Part shown: positions 12,328 through 23,900 of the stretch, one piece after another
Layout of the letters: every line of letters begins with the position of its first letter
How positions within the stretch are numbered: the stretch's first letter is position 1
From: Octopus sinensis
Taxonomy: Eukaryota
DNA length: 64,000 nucleotides
Reading direction: 5' to 3'
NCBI RefSeq assembly: GCF_006345805.1
Contig: NC_043007.1
Coordinates: 31,806,001 to 31,870,000, forward strand
Translations under genes and position numbers: made by a program
The notes under the pieces: generated by a model
What the model saw: the letters and a program-made list of their open reading frames with translations, nothing else
What the model was told of the DNA's origin: nothing
Databases searched by the model: none

Positions 12328-14465
12328 TTAATACCTTGCGGTAGCTGTTCTGGCCCATTGCATTCTGATAGAAACGACCGTGACGACACCGGTTCCAGGC
12401 TGTATTGGCCCAAGGCGGTGGCCTTTCCTCTGGATAATATCTATGGTGTAGAGAGGCAAGACTTACATACTTGAGTGACAGCTAGTTTTCCTAAAAAATC
12501 TAGGCTTTCCTCTCCACGTCACAGATGTTATCCAGAGGAAAGGCCGCTGATTTGGGGCAATACAGCCTGGCACTTGTGCCTTCGGTTATTGCTATGAGAA
12601 CGCAATGGACTGGAACAGATACCGCAAGACATCCTGTCCAATTCAACTCTCCAAATTCGAGTCCAACTTCGGTACAAGGTTTAAAATTTGTGGAGTGGGG
12701 TCTAAGTCGATTACATCGACCCCAGTGCTCATTTTTATTTACCTCGAAAGACTAAAAGGTAAAGTCAACCTTTGAGGAATTTGAACTTAAAGTTGGAGGA
12801 AATGCCGAATTTTATTCGAAACCAGAACCACGAGGCAAAACTAATTACAGCTGTTGCATTTTTTTGTTTTTGTTTTTGCTGCTTAACCAATCAACTCTAA
12901 CCCAGCGGACCTCTACTGTGACTATCTCCTCATTTTTGTTTCTCTCTCCTTAAATTTCCATTATACAATGTGTATTTCTTGTTAAAGATGTCCGAATGAT
13001 ATTTTGCAGGGGAATTGGCTGCTATTTGCAGCAGGTCCAACAGCAATAATATTGAAGCTCTCCCTCTCTCTACCCCGTTGGTTTGTGGTTACAGAGTTAT
13101 TTACGAGAACTTTCAACAGTATGAAAACATAAACTGATATGTAACAATAGGCTTTTCAGAACAATAAGACGTGTATTTCAAATGTAAGCCTTTAAGTTCG
13201 TTAAGAGGCAATCTATTCAAAAACTTGGCAACCCTGTACAAGTTGTGCAATGCTAGAAGAAGGAAAGAAAAGAGAAAACGACTGGAGACAGTTCTGTTTC
13301 CCCTACTTGAAAGGTTAATAAAAGGTGGCTATGGATTGTTGTGTCATGACTTCAATGGCTTATGTCTCTGTTGCCAGGAGCTGACTTCGAAAAACAAACG
13401 ACAAATTGCCTGCTGCGGTCGTCCATTATTAAATATTACTGCTGTTTTGTCGCTTTGTCTTCAGTCAACAATAATTTAAAACCAATTAGAATTGTAGAAG
13501 GGAAGGAAAGAAAAACTTCCGTAAAACAAAATGTATTAGAGACAGACAGACATTGGGGCGAAAGGGATCGCTCAAGTCCAGAGAAATTACTTTGCTTTGC
13601 GTTTATTTCAAGCTCTTTCTATGTTCTTACAACTGAACTAGGATTGATAAAATGGTAAGTTTGAATTTATTTCTATATCTATCGTTGTTCTGTGAAATCT
13701 TTAACATTTAATGTTATAAACAACCACGGTAGATAGTCACCGTTTTCGCTTATTTTACTCAATCGAAATAATTATAAGCGAGCATGGTACGCTTTGTAAC
13801 CACGTGGCCTCGGGTTCGATCATATATATGCCTAAAATATAAAATGAACAATCAAAGTAAAAGAATTGAATTGTTCGCTTCTGAAGTAGGGTCTCTTTGA
13901 TGTTGATTAATCCTTTTAAAATTCTTGTGGCTGTGTAGTATGAAGCTTGCTTCGCAACCACATGGTCCCGGTTCAGTCCCACCGCTTGACAACCGATTAG
14001 GGTGCTTATATCCTCGTAACTTAGCGGTTCGGCAAAAGAGACCGAAGTACCAGGTTTGAAAAAAAATTAAATGGGATCGACTCATTCGACTAAAATTCAG
14101 GGAGATGCCCCAGGATGGCCTCAGTTTAATGACTAAGAGAAGTATAGGATCCCGTGCCGTGTATACGGTTTAATGTTTATAGGATAAAAATTAAATGAAG
14201 TAAAGAACACGGTTTTATTTAACTGCTACGGGAACAATTAATACGCTTCTTAAACAGATTATGTTTAATCTTTATTAATCTGATTTAAAAAGTAAAGAAC
14301 AGAATTGTTTTTAACACACCGCATGCAAACTAACCAATTTCAAAAACGATCATGGTTCTTTTAGCTCACTCTGAATCCTATGTTATGGTACCTTGCCATT
14401 TCTGGCATCCCATATTTTGGTGCGCTTAGATTCTAATGAATTCTATGACTAAGCTCTCTCTCTCT

Positions 14466-14507
<42 letters not shown>

Positions 14508-15708
14508 TATATATATGAGAGGGAAAGAGTGTGAGCGTGTGGTGTAAGAATAGTTGTGTGGTTAAGAATTTGGCGCTTTGCAACCACGCAGTTCTGAGTT
14601 CGATCCAGCTGTAGGACACCTTGCGCAAGATTTACTGTTGAAGTTGATCCAACAAGAGTTTAATACAATTTGCAATATGGGTTGAATTAGCAGAATGATT
14701 TCCATTCACTTTGAAATCTGAAACTGCCACAAAGAAATTCGTAATGAGTGGGGGGGGGGTGTACGTCGGGAAAGTTTGAGAGAGTAATTTGCGTTCCATT
14801 GAGAAAGTGATTCCACCTCGAAGACTCTGCTCCGTTGGGGCCAATGGCTGACTTTTATCGTAGCCTCGAGTTCCCTACCATACTTGCCTTGTGAGTAGAA
14901 TTTGATGGGTAGAATCTGTGCAGGAGCTCGTCGTGTGTATGATATATATTCTCTTGTTTTTAATTATTTGACGCCTTCCTGTAAGGGAGGAACTGTGGAG
15001 GCACATGGCCTAGTGGTTAGAGCAGCGGACTCGCGGTAGAGGGATCGCAGGTTCGAATCTCAGACCGGGCGATGTGTGTGTTTATGAGCGAAGCACCTAA
15101 GCTTTACGCGGCTCCGGTAGAAGGTAATGGCGAACTTCTGACTCTTTCACCACAACTTTCTCTCACTCTTTCCTCCTGCATCTTGCAGCTCACCTGCGAC
15201 GAACCTATACGCCAAGGAAACCGGGAAAACGGCCCTTATGAGCCAGGCATGGCTCGAGAAGGAAGGAAGGAACTGGTTTCTACAAAAGCTTTAAAGGTCC
15301 ATCTTTGAGACGTAGATTAAAAACATTCATTTTAAACTTGAGAATGTCTTGCATATTTTTGCTGTTCCGCATACTGATTATATTTGTCATGTCCATGGTA
15401 GCTGGTTGTTGTTTTTTTTTTTCTTTCCTGTAAACTCTAGACTTTCCAGGTTGTCACTCACAACACCAAGTGCACCAATTATAGGTGTGGAGAGAGAGGG
15501 GGGAGTTATCGGACGTTTTCGGATTTCGTTTCAGCTCTCGCCAACTAGAGATTAAATCCTACCGAGGGTAACTTTGCCTTTCATCATTCGGGAGTCTGTA
15601 AATAATGTACCAGTCCCATCCACCCTGTTTTCTCCTTCCCCTTCCACCCCACTTTCTCCGCCTCCCTCCCTCGGTGTAAGTTTGTTTGGAACTGTAGACA
15701 GACGGTTT

Positions 15709-16162
15709 CTTAATTCTTTATTGCACACAAGGGGCTAAACACAGAGGGGACAAACAAGGACAGACAAACGTATTATGTCGATTATATCGACCTCAGTGAG
15801 TAACTGGTACTTATTTAATCGACCTCGAAAGAATGAAAGGCAAAGTCGACCTCGACGGAATTTGAACTCAGAACGTAGCGGCAGACGAAATACCTATTTC
15901 TTTACTACCCACAAGGGGCTAAACACAGGGGACAAACAAGGAAAGACAAACTGGTTAAGTCGATTATATCAACCCCAGTGCGTAACTGGTACTTATTTAA
16001 TCGACCCCGAAAGGATGAAAGGCAAAGTCGACCTCGGCGGAATTTGAACTCAGAACGTAACGGCAGACGACATACCGCTAAGCATTTCGTCCGGCGTGCT
16101 AACGTTTCTGCCAGATCACCGATTTGCAGCGAGCTGGCAGAAACGTTAGCACGCCGGACGAA
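15709..16162 (-). mobile_element. SINE family A dimer with inverted duplicated head, 19-bp TSD
   Basis: TSD AACTGTAGACAGACGGTTT at 15690-15708 and 16163-16181. Confidence 0.85.
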
Positions 16163-17554
16163 AACTGTAGACAGACGGTTTTTGCCAGATTTAAAGTACC
16201 CAGGGTCGGTCGTATGTCAAGACGATCCTTCAACAGTTCAGATCCCTAGGAAAAAGAACATATGACTGCGCGCGCGTGTGTATTAGCAATAATCTGAAGG
16301 TTCGCAGATAAGCCTGTCACCTTTCAGTTTCTTGTGTGTGTGTGTGTGTGTGTGTGTGATAACAAGTTACTTATCGTAAAATATAGTGAAACGCAGAAAT
16401 AGCAATGTTGCAATATTTCGTTCAGACATCTCAAACCACTTTACTGAGTCGGAAGATGCCAGAATATTTTAGAAAACATTAGTCTTTTCAACCTAATATT
16501 TCTGTGTTATTATTTATATATTTATTTAAGGCGGCGAGCTGGCAGAAGCGTTAGCACACTGGGTAGAAAACTTGGTTACGTTCTGAGTTCAAATTCCGCC
16601 GTGGTCGACTTTGTTTTTCATTCTTTCGGGGTCGATGAAATGAGTACCAGTTACGTACCGGGGTCTATGTAATCGACTAGACTCCTCCCCCAAATTTCAA
16701 GCCTTGTGCCTAGGGTAGAAAGACTTATTTATAGACTTATATAAAGTGGCGGAATCGTTAGCACGCCGGGCGAAATGCTTGACGGCAGTTCGTTTGTCAG
16801 CACGTTCTGAGTTCAAATCCCGCCGAGGTCGACTTCGCCTTTCATCCTTTCGGGGTCGATGAAATAAGACTAGCCCCCATCTCCCTAATTGCAGCCCTTG
16901 TGTCTATAGTAGAAAGAATTATCTATAGCTTTGTGTGTGTGGTTCACCATTCCAAAATAGAAATATATGTATGCCATTATCTTTTGCCTTGTATCTTGTT
17001 TGAAGAATTTTAGACTGTGGCCATGCTAGGGCACCGCCTTGAAGAATTTTAGTCGAATGAATTGACTTATTATTTTTTGCATAGCATGATACTTATTGTA
17101 TAAGTCTTTTTTGTCGAACCTCTAGGTTACGAGGACGTAAATACACCAACACAGGGTGTCAGGCAGAGGTGGGGCTCAAACACCGACACAAAGGCACATA
17201 CTTGCATGCATACATACATACATTCATGCATATAGCGGAAAGGAGTTCCGCTTATATATCCATACCCGGAGATACCTTGGGATATAATACGTGGGGGCCG
17301 GACAAAAGCGTAGGAGCTCTATAACGCACGTTTCTTTTCTTACCCCAAATATACTAAGCAAATATATATGTGTGGGTTGTAACTACATACAGGGCGGGCT
17401 TCTTTCAGTTGCTTTTGCGAAATTCACTCATGTCTTTGGTCAACCCGAGGCTATAGTAAAAGACACTTGCCCAAGGTGCCACGCAGTAGGACTGAACACG
17501 GAGCCATGTGGTTGGTAAGCAAGCTACTTACCACACAGACACTCCTGCGCCTAT

Positions 17555-18367
17555 AGTAGCGAAGCTAAAGCATATATTAACCATGAACTCTGCTGTGCGT
17601 GCGCATCAAGTTTTAACGTTCTAGCACATTTCTGCTGTTTACAGCAGTGCTTGGAAGGAAGGTGTGTAGCGTGTGATCGTCGCATTGACCACGATAGACA
17701 AAAGTTGTCATGGCGATACCTGTTCAGAGACCCACGCAAAGTTGCAGAAAGTGTATGGAGGGGAGTGTAAGAGCCGCACAGAAGTGTCCGAATGATTCAG
17801 ACGTTTCCAAGATGGCCAAAATATGTCGACAAAAGCTCAAGGAGACCCGCAACTAACAAAACTGAGAAAAACATCGGAGGTGTGCGAGCGGTTGTGAGGG
17901 GAAATCGGCGAATCACCATCCGTGAGTTATCAGAGGATGTGCAGATTAGTTACGGTTCAGTTCACTTGAGATTTGGATATGAGACACCTGTCTTCCAAGT
18001 TTGTGCCAAAACTGCATTCAGCTGACCAAAAGGACACTTGGGTTTCAGTTGCACAAGATCTCCTTGATTGCATCGAGAACAATGAAGACTTTTTTGAAAA
18101 CTTTGCGTAGGCCTCTGAGCGAATATCGCCATGCTTTTGGAAAAGTTTGATACAGATTCTCTGCTCAATTTTCTCTATATCATGGTCAGTGCGACGATCA
18201 CACGCTACACACCTTCCTTCCAAGCACTGCTGTAAACAGTGGAAGTGAGCTAGAACGTTAAAACTTAGTACGCATGCACAGCAGAGTTCGAGGTCAAGCA
18301 GTTTCACTCTGCGTGCTTTAGCTTCGTTACTACGGCAACAGTCCGGATACTTATTGATCAGACCACG
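17555..18367. mobile_element. Mariner-derived foldback element built from two 5' ends (decayed N-terminal transposase on both strands)
   Basis: Minus strand encodes IEKIEQRICIKLFQKHGDIRSEAYAKF (mariner N-terminal HTH). Plus strand encodes RRITIRELSEDVQISYGSVH...SKFVPKL. Right TIR ends ...GATCAGACCACG followed by TA. Left TIR not found. Confidence 0.8.
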
Positions 18368-19821
18368 TACATAGTTCAAGCTACACAAAGTGAATGTGTG
18401 AAAAACAAAATAAGAATTTTGGAAGAGTTATCTGTAAAACTAGTTTTTAAATATGGAAAGGGTATTGGGGTCCACCAGAATTAGTAATCAAAGGGGTCCG
18501 TAGATTAAAAACAGGGTTGAGAACCATTTAAAGTGCTGCCCCAGCATGATCGCTGTGCAAAGCCCTAAGTAAATGCGGGGATGTATGCGTGCGCCAGCCT
18601 ACCCACCTATCTTTATTTTTCACTCTTGTTAAAACTGTGATTATTTTGTGCTATTTTATATACCGTAATTTAGCGCATCGATAAATGGAAAACTATAAGA
18701 AAAAAAGTACTACATAGAAATAAATACTGAGGCCGATATGATGGGGTTAAACCCTCGAGGGTGTCACCCGAGTATGGTTGCAGTCCAGTCGGTGAAACAA
18801 TTCTGTAGTCAGTTACTCGGAAGTTACCCCAGTTGAGCAATCGATTTCGTTAGAGAGGAAAACTCTCTCCTATCTTTACATTCTCTGGGGAACTGTCTTA
18901 TCTGTATATCTATGTGCGTTGTATGTTATTGGTATGATTATCTGTGTGTGTGTGTGTGTTATAAGTTTTTGATAGTGTCATTATCTGAATGTGTACGTGC
19001 TGTAACTTCTATAACAGTGTGTGTGTTTATTGTCTGACTGTTGTAGTGTGGTTATCTGAGTGAGTGTATATGTGTGTGCGTATGTTTCTGTGTTTGTTTT
19101 CGTCGGCTGTATATGTATGAGTTTCTTTTCATAAAGACACACATATAAATACGTTTCGAATTTTGGCACAAGGCCGTCGATTTTGAGGGAGGAGGGGTCG
19201 ACTCGATCACATTGATCTCTGTACTTGACTGGTACTTTATTTTATCGAACCCGAAAAGGATGAAAGGCAAAATTGACTCTGGAATTTTGGCTCCGAATGT
19301 AAGGAATCGGGAAGCGATGTCGCTAAAAGATGGCGTGCGACGCTCTTGTACTTCTGCCTGCTCATTGCCTTTTCTGATATATATATATCTCTTTCTCTCT
19401 TTTACTTGTTTCAGTCATCGGTTGTCAAGCGATGTTGGGGAGACAGACAGACACACACACATATATATACATATACATATATACGACGGGCTTCTTTCAG
19501 TTTCCGTCTACCAAATCCACTCACAAGGCATTGGTCGGCCCGAGGCTATAGTAGAAGACACTTGCCCAAGGTGCCATGCAGTGGGACTGAATCTGGAACC
19601 ATGTGGTTGGTAAGCAAGCTACTTACCACAGAGCCACTCCTGCGCCTATATATATATATATATATATATATATTTGAAATAATTTAATCTTGTCTGCGTA
19701 TGGCTACACAAACCACTTAAGACTTAGGCTTTCTTTTAAAAATCGATTAATTTCCGCTACCCAACCAGCCCTTCCGAAAGAGGGATAGGCAGAGGAGACA
19801 CACACACACACACACACAGAA

Positions 19822-19853
<32 letters not shown>

Positions 19854-19942
19854 AGAGGTAGATAGATTCAAAGTTGGATGGGAAAAAAATAAAGATGATT
19901 ACACCCGGGGTTGATATTGTCCTGCGAAAGAAACAAAACAGG

Positions 19943-19991
<49 letters not shown>

Positions 19992-20382
19992 TCATGCATA
20001 CAAATATATAAACTGATACATATACACACCACAACAGACACGCTGATAAATACACACGCACCCCAAACCCATATAGGTAAATACTAAATTCACACAGATC
20101 CAAATAAACGCACACATCACGTACATATAACACATAAATACATGTATACCCAAGTACGTAGAAACATATACATATACCCATAGATACATACAGAAAAATA
20201 AATAGGGTGTGTATACACAGACATTGACACACATACACACATCCTGATAGATAAAAATATAGACAAACACAGGCTGAAAAAAATTAATTTTTTTTATCAT
20301 TTATTACCCTCATGGACATATGTACCAACACGCTATCTTAGAATTTGGCATAGATTCCAATGGAAAAAAAAAGAATATTCAG

Positions 20383-20437
<55 letters not shown>

Positions 20438-20600
20438 CGCGCGCATTTTTAATGTAGTAAAAATAAATTACTCAATACTTTTGGTACAGTACAAATTTAT
20501 TGTTCTGTAATAAGAATAGTGTTGACTGCGACTTCGAAGTGTTGGTCAGCTAAGCCATCATCGGATTCATCAGGTTGTGTGTGTGTGTGTGTTTATATTA

Positions 20601-20690
20601 CCGTAAATCCTCGAGTATAATCCGCATTTTCCCCCCAAAATTTAAAGGTCAAAATCCCTAGTGCGTACTATATACGAGGTTAAAAATGAA
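20601..20690. mobile_element. Isolated pogo/Tc2-like terminal fragment
   Basis: TA|CCGTAAATCCTCGAGTATAATCCGCA resembles Tc2/Kanga-type ends; no matching partner nearby. Confidence 0.4.
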
Positions 20691-22459
20691 AATTATTTTC
20701 TAAGCAATGTCCAAGTCTCTATTTGCTGTCCGGTAATGTTTATTCAGACACATTTTGTGATGTCGGGTCCCTTTCTCACTTAGTTTCTCTCTTCTGCTAC
20801 TTCCTTCTAAAATATGCTAGCTCACGTTGTCCTGCGTTCCTCATCAATGGCAGCCAATTTCAAAAACAGAGGATATAAAACTCTGTTGTCTTGTATTTCC
20901 TTCCGTTATGCTTTATCCCAAAGGACTCTGCACGAAACGTCGGATACTCCAGTCCTTACGGCAATCTCACTGTACACTTTTCTTTTCTCTTTTTAAATAT
21001 TACGTCTTGCCGACGCAGACCACCACTGCAAGTCTACTTCAGTTTAATACAGATTCTAACAACATATGCATACATTCGTACACTCAGAAAGACACCTCAC
21101 TATCTAAATATATCTGCAGTTTAAAGGATGGTATCATTGTCAATTATAAATTAATTGGTCAAATATACAATACACAACCCTTACACTGACTGCTCAAGAA
21201 GGTGCCATCTTCCTTCTTCAGAAAAAATATATCGTTCCATGACAATTTATTGCATTTTTGAGCTAAAGAATTATCATTGGAATTGGTTACTTCTTGTTAC
21301 TTCAGACGATACTGTCTGAGGAATTTCAAAGTGCCAACTGGATAAAATAGTTTATTTTCCAAACAAGGAAGTTTTCATACCTGAAAAGATCTTCATATTA
21401 AAAAGATAAAGAAAAAAGATTAAAAAAAAAACGACATTCGGTTATCCATGAACCCTTAAACTGCATCAGTAATTACCTTCCTAGCTTTGTAAGTATTTAT
21501 ACATACAATACTGAAGATCTGAAAATATTGTAATGTGAATAGTTTAAATTTTCTGCATAAGACAATTAAATAAATGAATGCGTGACGCATTTTCTAACTT
21601 CTTTTTGATGAGGGAGAAACCAATAACATCTCGATCACTAACCATATTTTAGTGTTTAAAGATATTTATGCTTATTATATTATTACACTGCCCTTCTTTT
21701 TTCAATCGTCTGGATAATCGACACAGTGAAACTCAACGCAACGATCTAAAAAAAAAACTTCAGCTTCTTATAACACACACACACAGATATATATATAAAC
21801 ATGTCTAAACTTGGAGCTGCAAAAATATTGACAAAAGTATCCAGTGAATGCTTTATCTCCCTCATACGCTACTATTTAATTTAACTCTTTAGAGCTTTAG
21901 AATTAATCAAGGTGAGGCAAAAAGAAAAAAAGACATTTTGGTTCGTGACTTCGGCGTCTTTCGTACGTAGTGACAAACGATACACCGACATTTTGTGCGT
22001 ATTCCACAGTACGAGATTGAGATTATTGAAATGATAAGCTCTTCCTCCATTTCATTTGTAATTAGTTTCGTTTGGATATTATTGCGTCCATGGCAGAGGT
22101 CGCTTCAGAATAGCAACGATTGTAACTGTACTAAAATAGTTGCATCAAGTTTCCTAGCTTCCATTTTACTCTTAAGTCTTCCTGCGGCAGGCGACGCTGA
22201 GTATATATGCCTCAATCGTTCTTTTCAATTTATATAACCATTCGGGGCTCATTCAGAAATACCCCTATATCTCTCTTGTCATTAGATTTATAATTTTTAC
22301 GATTGGTATAACTGCTATTGTTGTTGTGGTGGTCGAACCTTTATTTGTGAATGTTTATTCACGCTGGTTCTGCCAAAAGCCTTGAAATAAGTTACATCCA
22401 CCATAAAAATTTAATCATAAATTTATTTGTAAAAGAATGCGTGTGCGCGCAAAATTATA

Positions 22460-23007
22460 CAGGGTTATTCAAAAAGAATGAACCGATTTCATTACGCATT
22501 ATTTTAATAAGGAAAAGCATTAGAAAACTCCAGCTAAGTCCCAAGTATTTACTCATCATCAACTTTTATTTCCTATCTCACAAGTGTTCAATGTGGCCAC
22601 CACCTGCAGCACGGGCAGCATCAATGCAATAAGAGAATTCCTCCCAGACGCGTACCAGCATATCACGATCCACTGAGTTGATCCCTGGTGTTATTGGACG
22701 TTTAAGGTCATCGATCTTAGTGGGTAGCGGTGGAACATAAACGCGATCTTTTACATATCCCCACAAGAAAAAAAACTTAAACATCGAATAACAACAGCGA
22801 TCAACTCAGTGGATTGTAATATGCTGGTACGCGTCTGGGAGGAATTCTCTTATCGCATTGATGCTGCCCGTGGCCATATTGAACACTTTTCAGACAGGAA
22901 ATAAAAGTTGATTGTGAGTAAATACTTGGGACTCAGCTGGAGTTTTCTATTGCTTTTCCTTAAGATATTGCGTAATGGAATCGGTTTATTCTTTTTGAAT
23001 AACCCTG
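22460..23007. mobile_element. Tc1/mariner-superfamily foldback MITE built from two 3' ends
   Basis: TA-flanked TIRs CAGGGTTATTCAAAAAG / CTTTTTGAATAACCCTG. Both arms encode the transposase C-terminus (FFLWGYVKDRVY...MLVRVWEEFSY.IDAAR...GHIEH). Confidence 0.88.
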
Positions 23008-23579
23008 TATGATGCTCCAGTATTCTTGCAACAAATAGAGACAAACGATTTTGACAGTTATTTGAAACAGAATCAGCAGCTATATAGAATCACCGTCGCT
23101 AATGAACGAATCCAGGTCTGCTCTAATGGAGTATCATCTCGCTTCCTTTTCAGACAGTATACCTCCGCACTACATTATCAAATGTTTCCGTCTTTTGTAT
23201 AAGATGGTAATGTGTGATTGAATTAATATTTCTTGCAGTTCGAGTGTCAATTCAAAGACCCGTTTCTTTAGGTCGCAACTCGCTCATAGAGCGGATATGG
23301 GGTAACTTCGTTAGTTTGTATAATAGACACTAACAGTTTCCTTGCATACAAGCAGGGCTTTGCAGAGAAATTTTTACAAGGCGACACAAGAATGATTTCA
23401 TGCTCCGGACTAGTGGTAGAGGGCTCCATGTTCAAAAGTGCTACGATGTTTTATTTTTATTGTTTTTTAGGGTGAGGACCTGTCAGATGCTCACGGCCTC
23501 CTCCGCGGTTCTCCTGCCTCGAACCAATGTTCCTGGTAAATCACATTCACGTAGGTCCTGTGTACGAACATTGTGTCGC

Positions 23580-23900
23580 TAACAGAAAACCACGTGGTGT
23601 GTTTTTAAGCAGAGCAAATGTCTAGCAGCGCCCCCTCGGCCAGTTTGGCGTCGGGGTGTCGCGCGCGTTTGCGACGATGAAAAACCGCCACTTCCGTAGT
23701 TTCCTCGCTCACTCGATGGAGAAGGGATCGGGCCGTCGCCGAGCGGTGGTTCATTATCTGGAAGCAAAAGAGAACAAGGTAGTTGTAGATCAGGAGGTGC
23801 AAGCCTAAGAAGCAGTGTCACCAGGGGTTGTGCTAACTGGACACAAGCTAGGCCTTGGTCATCTGCACAAGGGTGTCTGCTGTTCAAAGATTTGAAATAT
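23580..23900 (-). mobile_element. Possible decayed I-group LINE 3' fragment
   Basis: CpG-rich block; RSATARSLLHRVSEETTEVAVFHR resembles a degraded C-x2-C...ETxEHxLFHC knuckle. Confidence 0.3.

Noticed and set aside
20545-20575. Minus-strand CTGATGA
   Set aside because: No stem II or GAAA downstream
21940-22175. Minus-strand frame MEARKLDATILVQLQSLLF-TGA-SDLCHG... read as a possible selenoprotein
   Set aside because: No resemblance to a selenoprotein family I know, no redox motif, and no SECIS seen
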